Part shown: positions 8,381-16,688 of the stretch, in pieces
Position numbering within the stretch: the stretch's first letter is position 1
Layout of the letters: every line of letters begins with the position of its first letter
Virus record (IMG/VR): IMGVR_UViG_2825252539_000001
Span: 88,749-152,748 of that record
Length of the DNA stretch: 64,000 bases
Strand: one strand, 5' to 3'
Origin: a virus
Taxonomy: Duplodnaviria > Caudoviricetes
Notes under the pieces: generated by a model
The model's database searches: none
What the model was told of the DNA's origin: nothing
The model's input: only the letters and a program-made list of their open reading frames with translations
Translations under genes and position numbers: made by a program

Positions 8381-9796
8381 ATGGATAAAATCAAGCAGTT
8401 GCAGGAGGCTCGGGCTGCGGCTCTGGCTGCTCTGGATGCAGCGCTGGACGCGCGCAAGGCCATCACCGACAAGGTCGAGGCCGAGGGTCGCCAGCACCTG
8501 ACCGAGGACGAGACCGCCGATCTGGCGACCAAGCGTTCCGAGGTTCAGGCCGCGAAGGATCTGGTCAAGGATCTGGATGCCCAGATCTCTGACGCGCAGG
8601 ACGACGCGGAACGGTCCGGTCGCAACGACGCCGAGACCCGGCGTGCCACCACGGCAGTGACCGAGGTCAAGGAACCCCCGACGTACGAGAAGTACAACGG
8701 CAATTCGTACTTCCAGGACTTCGCGCTGACCCAGCTGAATCGGGCGGACGAAGGCGCGAAGGAACGTCTGCGCCGGCACGTGATCGACGTCGACACCTCG
8801 AAGGAACTGCGCAAGTGGGCCAAGGTCGGCGACGAGTTCCGCAACCTGGACCGCAATGACGGTACCGGTGGCGAGTTCGTGCCCCCGCTGTGGGTCATGG
8901 AAGAGTTCGCCGAGGTCGCCCGCTCGGGTCGCCCCTACGCGAACCTGGTCCCGAATCGTCCGCTTCCCCCGAAGACCGACTCGATCAGCATTCCGAAGGT
9001 TCTGACCGGCACTGCGACCGAGATCCAGACCGCGGATAACGCGAACATCTCCGAGGTCGACCTGACGACCACGAGCTACAGCGCTGGTGTCAAGACCATC
9101 GCCGGTATGCAGGGGCTCTCTCTGCAGGCTCTGGAGCAGTCGCCGCTGTCGTTCGACGACATCATCTTCTCGGACCTGGCTGCGGACTACGCGGTCAAGC
9201 TGAACCGCCAGGTGATCTCGGGCTCCGGCTCGGGCAACCAGGTTGTTGGCGTCCGGGCTACGCCGTCGATCGTCACGATCACCGCTACCGACGCCGGCAC
9301 CGAGCTGTCGAAGTCGCAGACCGTCTACAAGAAGATCGGCGACGCGATTCAGCGCGTGCATACCTCGCGGTACCTGTCTCCTCAGGTCATCGTCATGCAC
9401 CCGCGGCGTTGGCAGGCCTTCTGCACGCTGTTCACCTCTGACGGCCGCCTGGCGATCGTTCCGGACGGTGCTGGCGTGAACCAGATCGGTGTCTTCGAGA
9501 ACGTCGCACCGGAGAACGTGGTTGGTCGTCTGCAGGGTCTGCCTGTGGTCGTCGACCCGAACATGCCCACCACGCTGGGCGCCGGCACCAACCAGGACGT
9601 CGTGCACGTTCTGCGCGCGTCGGACCTGCACCTGTACGAGTCGAGCGTTCGTACCGGCGTCTTCACGGAGACCCGGGCCGAGGGCCTGACCGTCCTGCTG
9701 CGCCTGCACGGCTACCTGGCCTTCTCGGCTGCTCGGTACCCGCAGAGCGTTGTGGAGATCGGCGGCACCGCGCTGACCGCTCCGACCTTCGCCTAA
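8381..9796 (+). CDS. Major capsid protein (HK97 fold, N-terminal delta domain)
   Basis: Coiled-coil N-terminus, GGEFVPP, VMHPRRW, LQGLPVVVDPNMP; strong codon bias; GAAAGG SD. Confidence 0.92.
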   Translation: MDKIKQLQEARAAALAALDAALDARKAITDKVEAEGRQHLTEDETADLATKRSEVQAAKDLVKDLDAQISDAQDDAERSGRNDAETRRATTAVTEVKEPPTYEKYNGNSYFQDFALTQLNRADEGAKERLRRHVIDVDTSKELRKWAKVGDEFRNLDRNDGTGGEFVPPLWVMEEFAEVARSGRPYANLVPNRPLPPKTDSISIPKVLTGTATEIQTADNANISEVDLTTTSYSAGVKTIAGMQGLSLQALEQSPLSFDDIIFSDLAADYAVKLNRQVISGSGSGNQVVGVRATPSIVTITATDAGTELSKSQTVYKKIGDAIQRVHTSRYLSPQVIVMHPRRWQAFCTLFTSDGRLAIVPDGAGVNQIGVFENVAPENVVGRLQGLPVVVDPNMPTTLGAGTNQDVVHVLRASDLHLYESSVRTGVFTETRAEGLTVLLRLHGYLAFSAARYPQSVVEIGGTALTAPTFA

Positions 9797-9836
9797 CGAG
9801 GGTCAAAACCTCTAGTTGATTGGAGTTGACCAAGCG

Positions 9837-10523
9837 TTGATAAGCCTTCTTCTGCCCACGAGGCAGCGCCCAAAGGAACTGTCACGCTTGGTTGACTCTG
9901 TCAACGCAACTGCTGCGCATCCCTGGGACATCGAGCTGGTTACCCATATCGATGACGATGACTATTCGTACGACGATCTCGACCTTGATATTCAATGGCT
10001 CAAGATCGGCGGTCCTAGGGAGCGCGCGGGGTTGGTCAATCTCTCGGCGATGTGGAACGACTGCTACGCAGCGTCTTCCGGCGACATCATCATGCACTGC
10101 GGTGATGACATCGTCTTTAGGACAGAGGGTTGGGACGTAACCGTCCGCGAGACCTTCGGCACCGTCGCAGACAAAATCCTCTTCGCCTTCGGCCGAGACG
10201 GAATCCAAACCAACTTCGGCACACACGGATTCGTTCATCGCCGCTGGATCGAGACAGTGGGGTACTGGTTTCCACCACTGTTCGTCAGCGACTACAACGA
10301 CACGTTCTTAAACGATGTCGCGAAGCTCATCGGCCGGCACGCGGAGATCGACATCGAAACCGAGCACCTGCACTACATCGTAGGTAAGGCGCCGATCGAC
10401 CAGAACACCCGTGAGCGGTTGGACCGCCACGAGAAACATCGACCGCAGGATCTCTACGAGAGCGCCGCGGTCCAAGACATGATCAAAGAAGCCGCTGAGC
10501 GGCTTAGGGGAGCAATGCAATGA
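9837..10523 (+). CDS. Glycosyltransferase (GT-A fold)
   Basis: ISLLLPTRQRP start, HCGDDIVF; TTG at 9837 follows a GGAG SD. Confidence 0.8.
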   Translation: MISLLLPTRQRPKELSRLVDSVNATAAHPWDIELVTHIDDDDYSYDDLDLDIQWLKIGGPRERAGLVNLSAMWNDCYAASSGDIIMHCGDDIVFRTEGWDVTVRETFGTVADKILFAFGRDGIQTNFGTHGFVHRRWIETVGYWFPPLFVSDYNDTFLNDVAKLIGRHAEIDIETEHLHYIVGKAPIDQNTRERLDRHEKHRPQDLYESAAVQDMIKEAAERLRGAMQ

Positions 10524-10672
10524 GCCGGCGTAAACACTGCCCGCACGTCAGACTGCGGGGTATCTACGGCGACGAAATCAATCACACTCCGGGATACCGG
10601 CGAAACCAGTGCCTCGACTGCGGCCGGTTGTTGGACGGGCCAGTATCGATCGCTGTGTCGAGGCCGGCGTGA
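10520..10672 (+). CDS. Small Cys/His protein (CPH..RGIYGDEIN...CLDCG)
   Basis: 50 aa; ATGA and GTGA coupling on both sides. Confidence 0.6.
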   Translation: MSRRKHCPHVRLRGIYGDEINHTPGYRRNQCLDCGRLLDGPVSIAVSRPA

Positions 10673-11223
10673 CTGTTTGGACTATTGCGATCTGCACCGT
10701 GGAGCAGCGCAAGGGGATGTTGCGTCGACTGTTGAACCGGTTGGAGCCCCAGGTCGGCGAACGCGACATCGAACTGCTCATCAATGGCGACGACATACCG
10801 CTGAGCGAGAAACGCCAGTGGTGTTTGGACAACGCTCGGGGAGAGTACTTCTGCTTCATCGACGATGACGACCTGGTCGCCGAGAACTACGTAGACGCGA
10901 TCTACCCGCTGCTGGACGGAATCGACTATGTCGGGTTCCAGCTGCAGTACTACCACAACGGAGAACCGTGGAAGCCGACCTTCCACTCGCTTCGTTACGG
11001 TGTGCACACCATCGAGGCTGATGAGCAGGGTTTCTACCGCGGCGTGAGTCACCTCAACCCAATCCGGACGGAAATCGCCCGACAGGGGCGGTATTTCGGT
11101 GGATACGGCGAGGATAACCGCTGGTCTGAACAGGTCAACCCGGGGACAGAATACTACGTCGACCAGGTGATGTACCACTACTACTTCAACGAAGCTACAT
11201 CGCTGACCTATGGTCGCGAATAG
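10669..11223 (+). CDS. Glycosyltransferase family 2-like
   Basis: WTIAICT, KRQWCLDNARGEYFCFIDDDD, GEDNRW. Confidence 0.85.
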   Translation: MTVWTIAICTVEQRKGMLRRLLNRLEPQVGERDIELLINGDDIPLSEKRQWCLDNARGEYFCFIDDDDLVAENYVDAIYPLLDGIDYVGFQLQYYHNGEPWKPTFHSLRYGVHTIEADEQGFYRGVSHLNPIRTEIARQGRYFGGYGEDNRWSEQVNPGTEYYVDQVMYHYYFNEATSLTYGRE

Positions 11224-11331
11224 GCCATATTTGGCGCCTTATGCCTGAAATATGGCGTTTAAGAGCCATATTCGGCACTTTATCTCTCAAATGCGCTGTT
11301 ATGCGCGAAATTTCGAGCTTAAGGGCGTAAT
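11221..11331. repeat. 10-bp phased AT/GC tract
   Basis: Eleven consecutive decamers with A/T at both ends and a G/C-rich core; GCCATATT twice direct and once inverted. Confidence 0.75.
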
Positions 11332-11374
11332 CGGCCGATGCTCGACTTTTGTATCATCTCAAAGGGGAACTGAG

Positions 11375-12598
11375 ATCAAAGTAGGCATGATCGGGCTGGG
11401 CGCCCTCGGCACGCCCGTTGCCCTGGCCATCGACGCCGTCGGGTACGAGGTATTCGGCTACGACGTCGACACAACCAAGCGGGACAACCTCGCGAATCGG
11501 TGGCATCCACACCGCGAGGAGAATATCGAACCGCTGCTGGAGAATCACAAGATTCAGTGGTGTGACTCTATTTTCGACGTCGTCGAGTCTGCCGACCTCG
11601 TGTTCGTCGCCATCCAGACGCCGCATGCACCTCAATTTGAGGGCACCATGCCGCTTCAAGATCCGTCCGAAGACTTCGACTACTCGTATCTGGTCGACGC
11701 GATCGAGGAGATCGCAGACGCCTGCGCCGAGCTGCAGAAGCGCAAGATCATCGCGGTGATCTCGACCTGCCTCCCGGGCACGTTCGAGCGCGAGATTGAA
11801 CCACTCCTCAACGAATACATCGACTACGCCCACACGCCGCAGTTCATCGCGATGGGCCGAGTGATCGAGGACTACCTCCTACCGGAGTTCAACCTCATCG
11901 GCGTCCAGGACAAAGCGGTCGGCATGCGACTCGAAGAGTTCTTCGCGGTCATCAACGATGCGCCCTGCGTTGTCACTGACGTAACCACGGCCGAAGGTGC
12001 CAAGCTGGCCTACAACTGCCTCTTGGGAACCAAGATCGCTGTCGCCAACGCGTGGGGTGAGCTGAGCGAACGGCTCGGCATGAACTTCGACGACATCTAC
12101 AAGACGTGGACGCTCTCGACCCGCCGGCTGCTCTCGCCGCTGTACCTGCGTGCCGGCATGTCCGACGGTGGTGGCTGTCATCCTCGCGACAACATCGCGA
12201 TGTCCTGGCTCGCCAACAAGGCGGAGATGTCTTGCGACATCTGGGGCAACCTCATGGAGGCCCGCGAGGAGACCGAGGCGTGGCATGCAGAAGTCGCCGC
12301 AGCCGCTTCCGAGGAACTGGGTCTGCCACTCATTCTCCTGGGTCGAGCATTCAAGCCCGAGACCGACATCGAGACAGGCAGTCCCGCAATCCTCATGGCG
12401 AACATCCTTCGCGGGATGGGCGAGAAGTTCATCCATGTGAACGACCTCGACGACCTTCCCCAAGCCGTGTACTTCATCGCCACGGACAACGAGCGCTATC
12501 GCGAATACCCCTTCCCTGAAGGGTCATTGATCATCGATCCATTCGGGTCGATGCCGGCAAGAGAGGGTGTTGAGATCTACCGATTGGGTCGCCATTGA
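11375..12598 (+). CDS. UDP-glucose/GDP-mannose dehydrogenase family protein
   Basis: GMIGLGALG Rossmann motif, AEGAKLAYN, GGGCHPRD catalytic Cys, AFKPETD; start uncertain (ATC 11375, ATG 11387 or ATG 11252). Confidence 0.88.
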   Translation: MKVGMIGLGALGTPVALAIDAVGYEVFGYDVDTTKRDNLANRWHPHREENIEPLLENHKIQWCDSIFDVVESADLVFVAIQTPHAPQFEGTMPLQDPSEDFDYSYLVDAIEEIADACAELQKRKIIAVISTCLPGTFEREIEPLLNEYIDYAHTPQFIAMGRVIEDYLLPEFNLIGVQDKAVGMRLEEFFAVINDAPCVVTDVTTAEGAKLAYNCLLGTKIAVANAWGELSERLGMNFDDIYKTWTLSTRRLLSPLYLRAGMSDGGGCHPRDNIAMSWLANKAEMSCDIWGNLMEAREETEAWHAEVAAAASEELGLPLILLGRAFKPETDIETGSPAILMANILRGMGEKFIHVNDLDDLPQAVYFIATDNERYREYPFPEGSLIIDPFGSMPAREGVEIYRLGRH

Positions 12599-12801
12599 AC
12601 GAGTTCCGTAAGGGTGACGACGTCATCGTTGAATACGAGGACGAGGATCACCTCGCGCATATCGATCGCATCGAAAGTGGCGGCTGGTGTTTCGTCACGA
12701 TGGCTATCGACCCTGAACTGGATTACGGTCCGGGGACTTCCCTCCTAGCGCCATATCAGACGGTCTGTGTCCCACTGAGCCGGGTGAGACCCCGTGATTA
12801 G
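12595..12801 (+). CDS. Hypothetical protein
   Basis: 68 aa; coupled to neighbours. Confidence 0.6.
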   Translation: MNEFRKGDDVIVEYEDEDHLAHIDRIESGGWCFVTMAIDPELDYGPGTSLLAPYQTVCVPLSRVRPRD

Positions 12802-12994
12802 TGTGACGTGGGACCAGGTCGACGAGCTTATCGACATTCGCGAGGAGATCTGCCGGCATTCTCCAGGTTGGTACATCGCCGAGTGCGCCTGCGGCTGGGA
12901 AACAACCGGCGGTGAGCCCAACGTCGAAGACTGGGCCTTTGAGCACGTCGCTGAACACCTCGCCGACGAGCGTGATTGCGGGTTCCCCGGATGA
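12794..12994 (+). CDS. Hypothetical protein with CxCGW...H..H
   Basis: 66 aa; coupled to neighbours. Confidence 0.55.
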   Translation: MISVTWDQVDELIDIREEICRHSPGWYIAECACGWETTGGEPNVEDWAFEHVAEHLADERDCGFPG

Positions 12995-13641
12995 AGGTCG
13001 TTGGACTCCTCAACTGGTATGAGGAATCACCCGCTTGGCTGATTGAGACGGTCGCCAGCGTATCGAAATTGTGCGACCACATCATCGCAGTCGACGGCCC
13101 GTATGCGGCCTTCCCTGGCGCGCGGAAAACACCGTACAGCGGCTCTGAGCAAGCTGACGCGATCTTCCACACCGCGGCCGGCCTCGGGATGGGCTGCACC
13201 ATCCACACACCCCGCCAACCATGGTTGGGCGGTGAAGTAGAGAAGCGGGACTTCATGTTCCGCATCGGGGAAACCTTCACCACCGAGAACGATTGGTACT
13301 TCCGGATCGATGCCGACGAGATCCTGACTGATGTACCCGTCGGAACACGCTCCCAACTGGAGAACTCCGCCTGGGACGTCGGTGAGGTCACATTGTGGGA
13401 ACGCGAGTTCAACGGAGAGAGCGACTTTCGCTGCCTCTTCCGCGCTCGTCGTGGCCTAGAGATCCGTGGAAACCACTACACCGTCGCCGATGGCGACAGG
13501 GTACTTAACGGCAGCCTTCAGGTGCCGGCGCTACCCCTTCCATATATGCGTTTGGAACATCGCTCTCACATGAGACCCGCCGAGCGCCAGCGACTTAAGA
13601 AGTCGTACTACGAACTGATACCGAAACTAGAGGTTGATTGA
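12991..13641 (+). CDS. Glycosyltransferase (GT-A fold)
   Basis: MKVVGLLNWYEE, IIAVDG, FRIDADE DxD motif. Confidence 0.78.
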   Translation: MKVVGLLNWYEESPAWLIETVASVSKLCDHIIAVDGPYAAFPGARKTPYSGSEQADAIFHTAAGLGMGCTIHTPRQPWLGGEVEKRDFMFRIGETFTTENDWYFRIDADEILTDVPVGTRSQLENSAWDVGEVTLWEREFNGESDFRCLFRARRGLEIRGNHYTVADGDRVLNGSLQVPALPLPYMRLEHRSHMRPAERQRLKKSYYELIPKLEVD

Positions 13642-13931
13642 TGAGCATTGGCAGAGTCGAAAAGACTGCCGACGAAGTCCGGGATGTGAATGGCGCGTAC
13701 ATCGACGCCTACCTCGCGGAATACAAGAGCTTCATAGAGCACGACGATCCCCGCGCCGATGAGGTAGCGGATACCCTCCGTCAGCTCGGCCACGAAGTCG
13801 AAAGACAACCGCGCCCAACCGAGGGCACGAAGGAACGGGCAGTCAGTCCCGAACCCCTCGAAACAGCCGTCGAATCCGACACCCCACCGAAGCGTCGGGG
13901 TCGTCCGCGGAGCACTGCTGACGCAGAGTAA
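13638..13931 (+). CDS. Hypothetical head-associated protein with a KRRGRPR AT-hook-like tail
   Basis: Position before the adaptor; C-terminal RGRPR. Confidence 0.6.
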   Translation: MMSIGRVEKTADEVRDVNGAYIDAYLAEYKSFIEHDDPRADEVADTLRQLGHEVERQPRPTEGTKERAVSPEPLETAVESDTPPKRRGRPRSTADAE

Positions 13932-13941
13932 GGAGTGCTAG

Positions 13942-14508
13942 GTGGCTGAGGATCTCACCCCGGCCGACGTCGAGGAATACACCGACGGACGCCTTCCACA
14001 GGGCGCGAACGGGACACAGCGCGCCCTGAATGCCGCCCTTGCACGAGTCCGCAACTACTGCGGATGGCATGTCTCGCCCGTGCGGTCAGAAACCATCGTC
14101 AAGAACGGCACTAACGACAGGTGGCTCAGCCTGCCGACGCTGAAGATCGTTGAGGTTACAGAGGTCACCGAGTGTGGCGTTGTCTTGGATCTCAGCACCA
14201 TCAAGCAGTCGGCCGACGAACCAGGCTTCCTAGTCAAGCAGTGCGGTCACTGGCGGTACGGACTGAGCAACATCGAGGTCGAGCTATCGCACGGTTTCAC
14301 CGCAGACGAGGCCGCAGACTTCCGTGAAGCGGTTCTAGGCCTGATCGACACAGCATCGTTGAGCATCGGCTCCAGTAATGGCGGCCCGGTGATCTTCGAG
14401 CGAGTCGACGACGTTGAAACCCACTGGTCTGCACTGCCATCTGCCATCGAGAACACACCCATGGACAAGTCGACGCTTGCGCGTTACCGAATCTTGCCCT
14501 TTGCCTAA
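13942..14508 (+). CDS. Head-to-tail adaptor
   Basis: VRNYCGWHVSPV...LSLPT...SHGF; synteny. Confidence 0.8.
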   Translation: MAEDLTPADVEEYTDGRLPQGANGTQRALNAALARVRNYCGWHVSPVRSETIVKNGTNDRWLSLPTLKIVEVTEVTECGVVLDLSTIKQSADEPGFLVKQCGHWRYGLSNIEVELSHGFTADEAADFREAVLGLIDTASLSIGSSNGGPVIFERVDDVETHWSALPSAIENTPMDKSTLARYRILPFA

Positions 14509-14559
14509 GGATTAGCCCTGTCCATCGTAGACGTCATAGCGGAGGGGTTTCGAAGCGGA

Positions 14560-14838
14560 TTGCCACACCCCGGGAATCCTCTCCTGAACCAAAAGCCCAG
14601 CACGATTGTGCTGCCTGGCATGAATCTTCGCGGCCTCCATCCAGATCTCATGGCGAAGTTCGCCGAGGATGCCGGCCTACCGTCCTCAGATTTCCCCAGA
14701 CTTCTCGCTGAAGCGGTTGTCAACCTCATTCAGACGACCGGTAAGAGCGACATCGTCGAGAGAGTGGTTCCCGAGCAGGAGGTCCAGGAAGAACGCACCT
14801 GGAAGACCACCTACAAATTCCGAAAGACTGAGGAGTAG
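14560..14838 (+). CDS. Hypothetical protein
   Basis: ORF tiling. Confidence 0.55.
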   Translation: MPHPGNPLLNQKPSTIVLPGMNLRGLHPDLMAKFAEDAGLPSSDFPRLLAEAVVNLIQTTGKSDIVERVVPEQEVQEERTWKTTYKFRKTEE

Positions 14839-14841
14839 CCG

Positions 14842-15093
14842 ATGTCCTCACGCTTGAAGGTCACCATTGACGGCAAGGTCGTCATGGACGGTGACACCGG
14901 CTCGTGGCAGCAGCGCCCACCGGAATTCATTGCCACGCAACTGAATAACATGTCTTCCAGCGCGCCGGCTCCGTATATCCGAGCCCTGATGCTGGTCATT
15001 GCCGAGTCCGCTATGACGCAGACTTCCGCCGAGGCCGATATCACAACCTCGGGTAAAGACTGGTCCCTGAGTGTCAAGTACGCCATCGAGTGA
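14842..15093 (+). CDS. Hypothetical protein
   Basis: GAGGAG SD; ORF tiling. Confidence 0.6.
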   Translation: MSSRLKVTIDGKVVMDGDTGSWQQRPPEFIATQLNNMSSSAPAPYIRALMLVIAESAMTQTSAEADITTSGKDWSLSVKYAIE

Positions 15094-15434
15094 CCCGGCT
15101 CGGTAACCAGGTAGTCACGTTTGTGTCGTACGAGGATTCCGGGTCGGCCGGTGCATTGGGTACGTACACCCCGTCTGAAACAACCGTGGACGTACCCGGT
15201 TGCCATCACCGACCGATGGCGTTTCGCGAAACGGCAGAGTTCGACGTCGACATCGCGACACAAGTCTGGAAAACGACAGCCCCTCCGAAACCTGCAGTTC
15301 TCGCAGCACAGGCGGAGGGCGAAATCCGTGTCAACGGAGTGGCTTACAAGATCATCGGTGGCCCCAGATGCCACGTCGACAGAGTGGGCCGACCCTTCAA
15401 AGTAACGATCATTTCACAGCAACTGAGCGGTTAA
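15090..15434 (+). CDS. Head-to-tail stopper
   Basis: VPGCHHRP...WKTTAPP; synteny. Confidence 0.75.
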   Translation: MTRLGNQVVTFVSYEDSGSAGALGTYTPSETTVDVPGCHHRPMAFRETAEFDVDIATQVWKTTAPPKPAVLAAQAEGEIRVNGVAYKIIGGPRCHVDRVGRPFKVTIISQQLSG

Positions 15435-15441
15435 GGAAACC

Positions 15442-15708
15442 ATGGCCAGATACTGGATTGAAAAGCCCTGCAGCTATTTGCAGGATGGAAAGGCCGTGGT
15501 GCACACCCGTGTTCCCGCCTTGCCCGTAGAACTCACCGACGACATCGCGGCGGGACTCGGCGACATCGTCCGAGCCGTCAACGAAAATCCGGACGTCCCG
15601 GATGCGCCTGTAGAGGCCGACCCTCCCAAGCGGGGCCGCGGCAGGACTGCAAGCGATATCGCGCCGGCTCCCGAAGTAGACCCCGCACCGGAGGGCGATG
15701 GGAGTTGA
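15442..15708 (+). CDS. Hypothetical neck-region protein
   Basis: AAGGA SD; synteny. Confidence 0.6.
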   Translation: MARYWIEKPCSYLQDGKAVVHTRVPALPVELTDDIAAGLGDIVRAVNENPDVPDAPVEADPPKRGRGRTASDIAPAPEVDPAPEGDGS

Positions 15709-16111
15709 TCGCACTCGACTCCGAGTAGAGATCGAGAATGAGATTCGCGAAAAGGCACCCGAAGATCCTGACGTCAAGCGACAGACGCGAGAGTTCGCGC
15801 TAGAAGTTCGCGACTACGCCCGGATGCGCGCGCTCCAGGACATGGATCGCGGCTACGCCACTGGTCATTTTGTCGAATCCATTCAAATACAACGTCTTCG
15901 GCGATGGTGGCGCAAGACGATGCCGAACTGGCGCATCTTCAGCGATGATCCCAAATCCCACATGCTCGAAGACGGCACGGGTGACGACGCGCCAGGCACT
16001 CACTCACCCTGGGGTCGATTCACGCCAACCCCTGCGTATCACACATTCGCCAAGACCGCCTTTCACTTTGGCGGCACACCAGATGGCGGAGTCGACGAAA
16101 TCGAGGTGTAG
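15698..16111 (+). CDS. Neck/tail-completion protein (HK97 gp10-like)
   Basis: DPKSHMLEDGT...TPAYHTFAKTAFHFGGT; synteny. Confidence 0.65.
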   Translation: MGVDRTRLRVEIENEIREKAPEDPDVKRQTREFALEVRDYARMRALQDMDRGYATGHFVESIQIQRLRRWWRKTMPNWRIFSDDPKSHMLEDGTGDDAPGTHSPWGRFTPTPAYHTFAKTAFHFGGTPDGGVDEIEV

Positions 16112-16113
16112 CG

Positions 16114-16527
16114 ATGTACGACGAAGCTCCCGAGGACGTCGAAGAGGTGCTGGTTGTCTGGCTCGGCCAGATCCATCGCGCCGCGGTCACGCGTCGCAAT
16201 AAGGACCCGCTGCCATTCATCCTCGTCAGGCATATAGACGGCAAAGAGGACACCATCACCGGAACGGCGGATTTCCTTGTCTCCGTGCGCGTTCTGTCTG
16301 ATAAGAATCTCGGCGAAGATGCCGCGGCCGAGGCCGCAAAAGACGTTCACCGTCAGATGTTGGAACTAGCCCAGTATCTCCCTGACGTCCCGCTGTCGAG
16401 CGGTAGAAACGCTTCGCTCGACTACGTCACAGTCACTCAGTCGCCTCGTTGGGTTCCCTACGACAACGACCAAGTGCTCTGCAAACAGGCCCAATACCAA
16501 ATCGGCCTTTCTTACGCACCCGCGTAA
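16114..16527 (+). CDS. Tail terminator
   Basis: APEDVEEVLVVWL...DPLPF; precedes the tail tube gene. Confidence 0.75.
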   Translation: MYDEAPEDVEEVLVVWLGQIHRAAVTRRNKDPLPFILVRHIDGKEDTITGTADFLVSVRVLSDKNLGEDAAAEAAKDVHRQMLELAQYLPDVPLSSGRNASLDYVTVTQSPRWVPYDNDQVLCKQAQYQIGLSYAPA

Positions 16528-16547
16528 TCACCTAACAACCCGCGAAT

Positions 16548-16654
16548 GCCCCTGGCACTGGGGCTATTTGAAGTCGCCTGTCGGCGGCGCGCGCTGAACC
16601 GAGGCGCGTACACGATCAAGCAAATCAATCTTTTGGGCGCTGACCTGGCACTGG
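16548..16654 (+). promoter_or_regulatory. Two C-TGGCACT-G motifs in the tail-tube leader
   Basis: GCCCC-TGGCACT-GGGGC at 16548-16564; CC-TGGCACT-GG at 16644-16654. Confidence 0.55.
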
Positions 16655-16688
16655 CGAAGTCCGAGTTTCCCTATGAAAGGAGATGCCT

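Noticed and set aside
8375-9709. 444-aa antisense ORF opposite the capsid gene (likewise 16863-17870 opposite the tail tube)
   Set aside because: Shadow ORFs expected from strong GC3 codon bias; no SD or recognisable motifs
11221-11331. CRISPR array or iteron repeat
   Set aside because: No conserved repeat-spacer unit and no cas genes; only the A/T versus G/C phase is conserved
11252-11374. 41-aa N-terminal extension of the dehydrogenase in the ORF track
   Set aside because: Overlies the phased AT tract, has atypical codons and no SD; the family fold starts at KVGMIGLG
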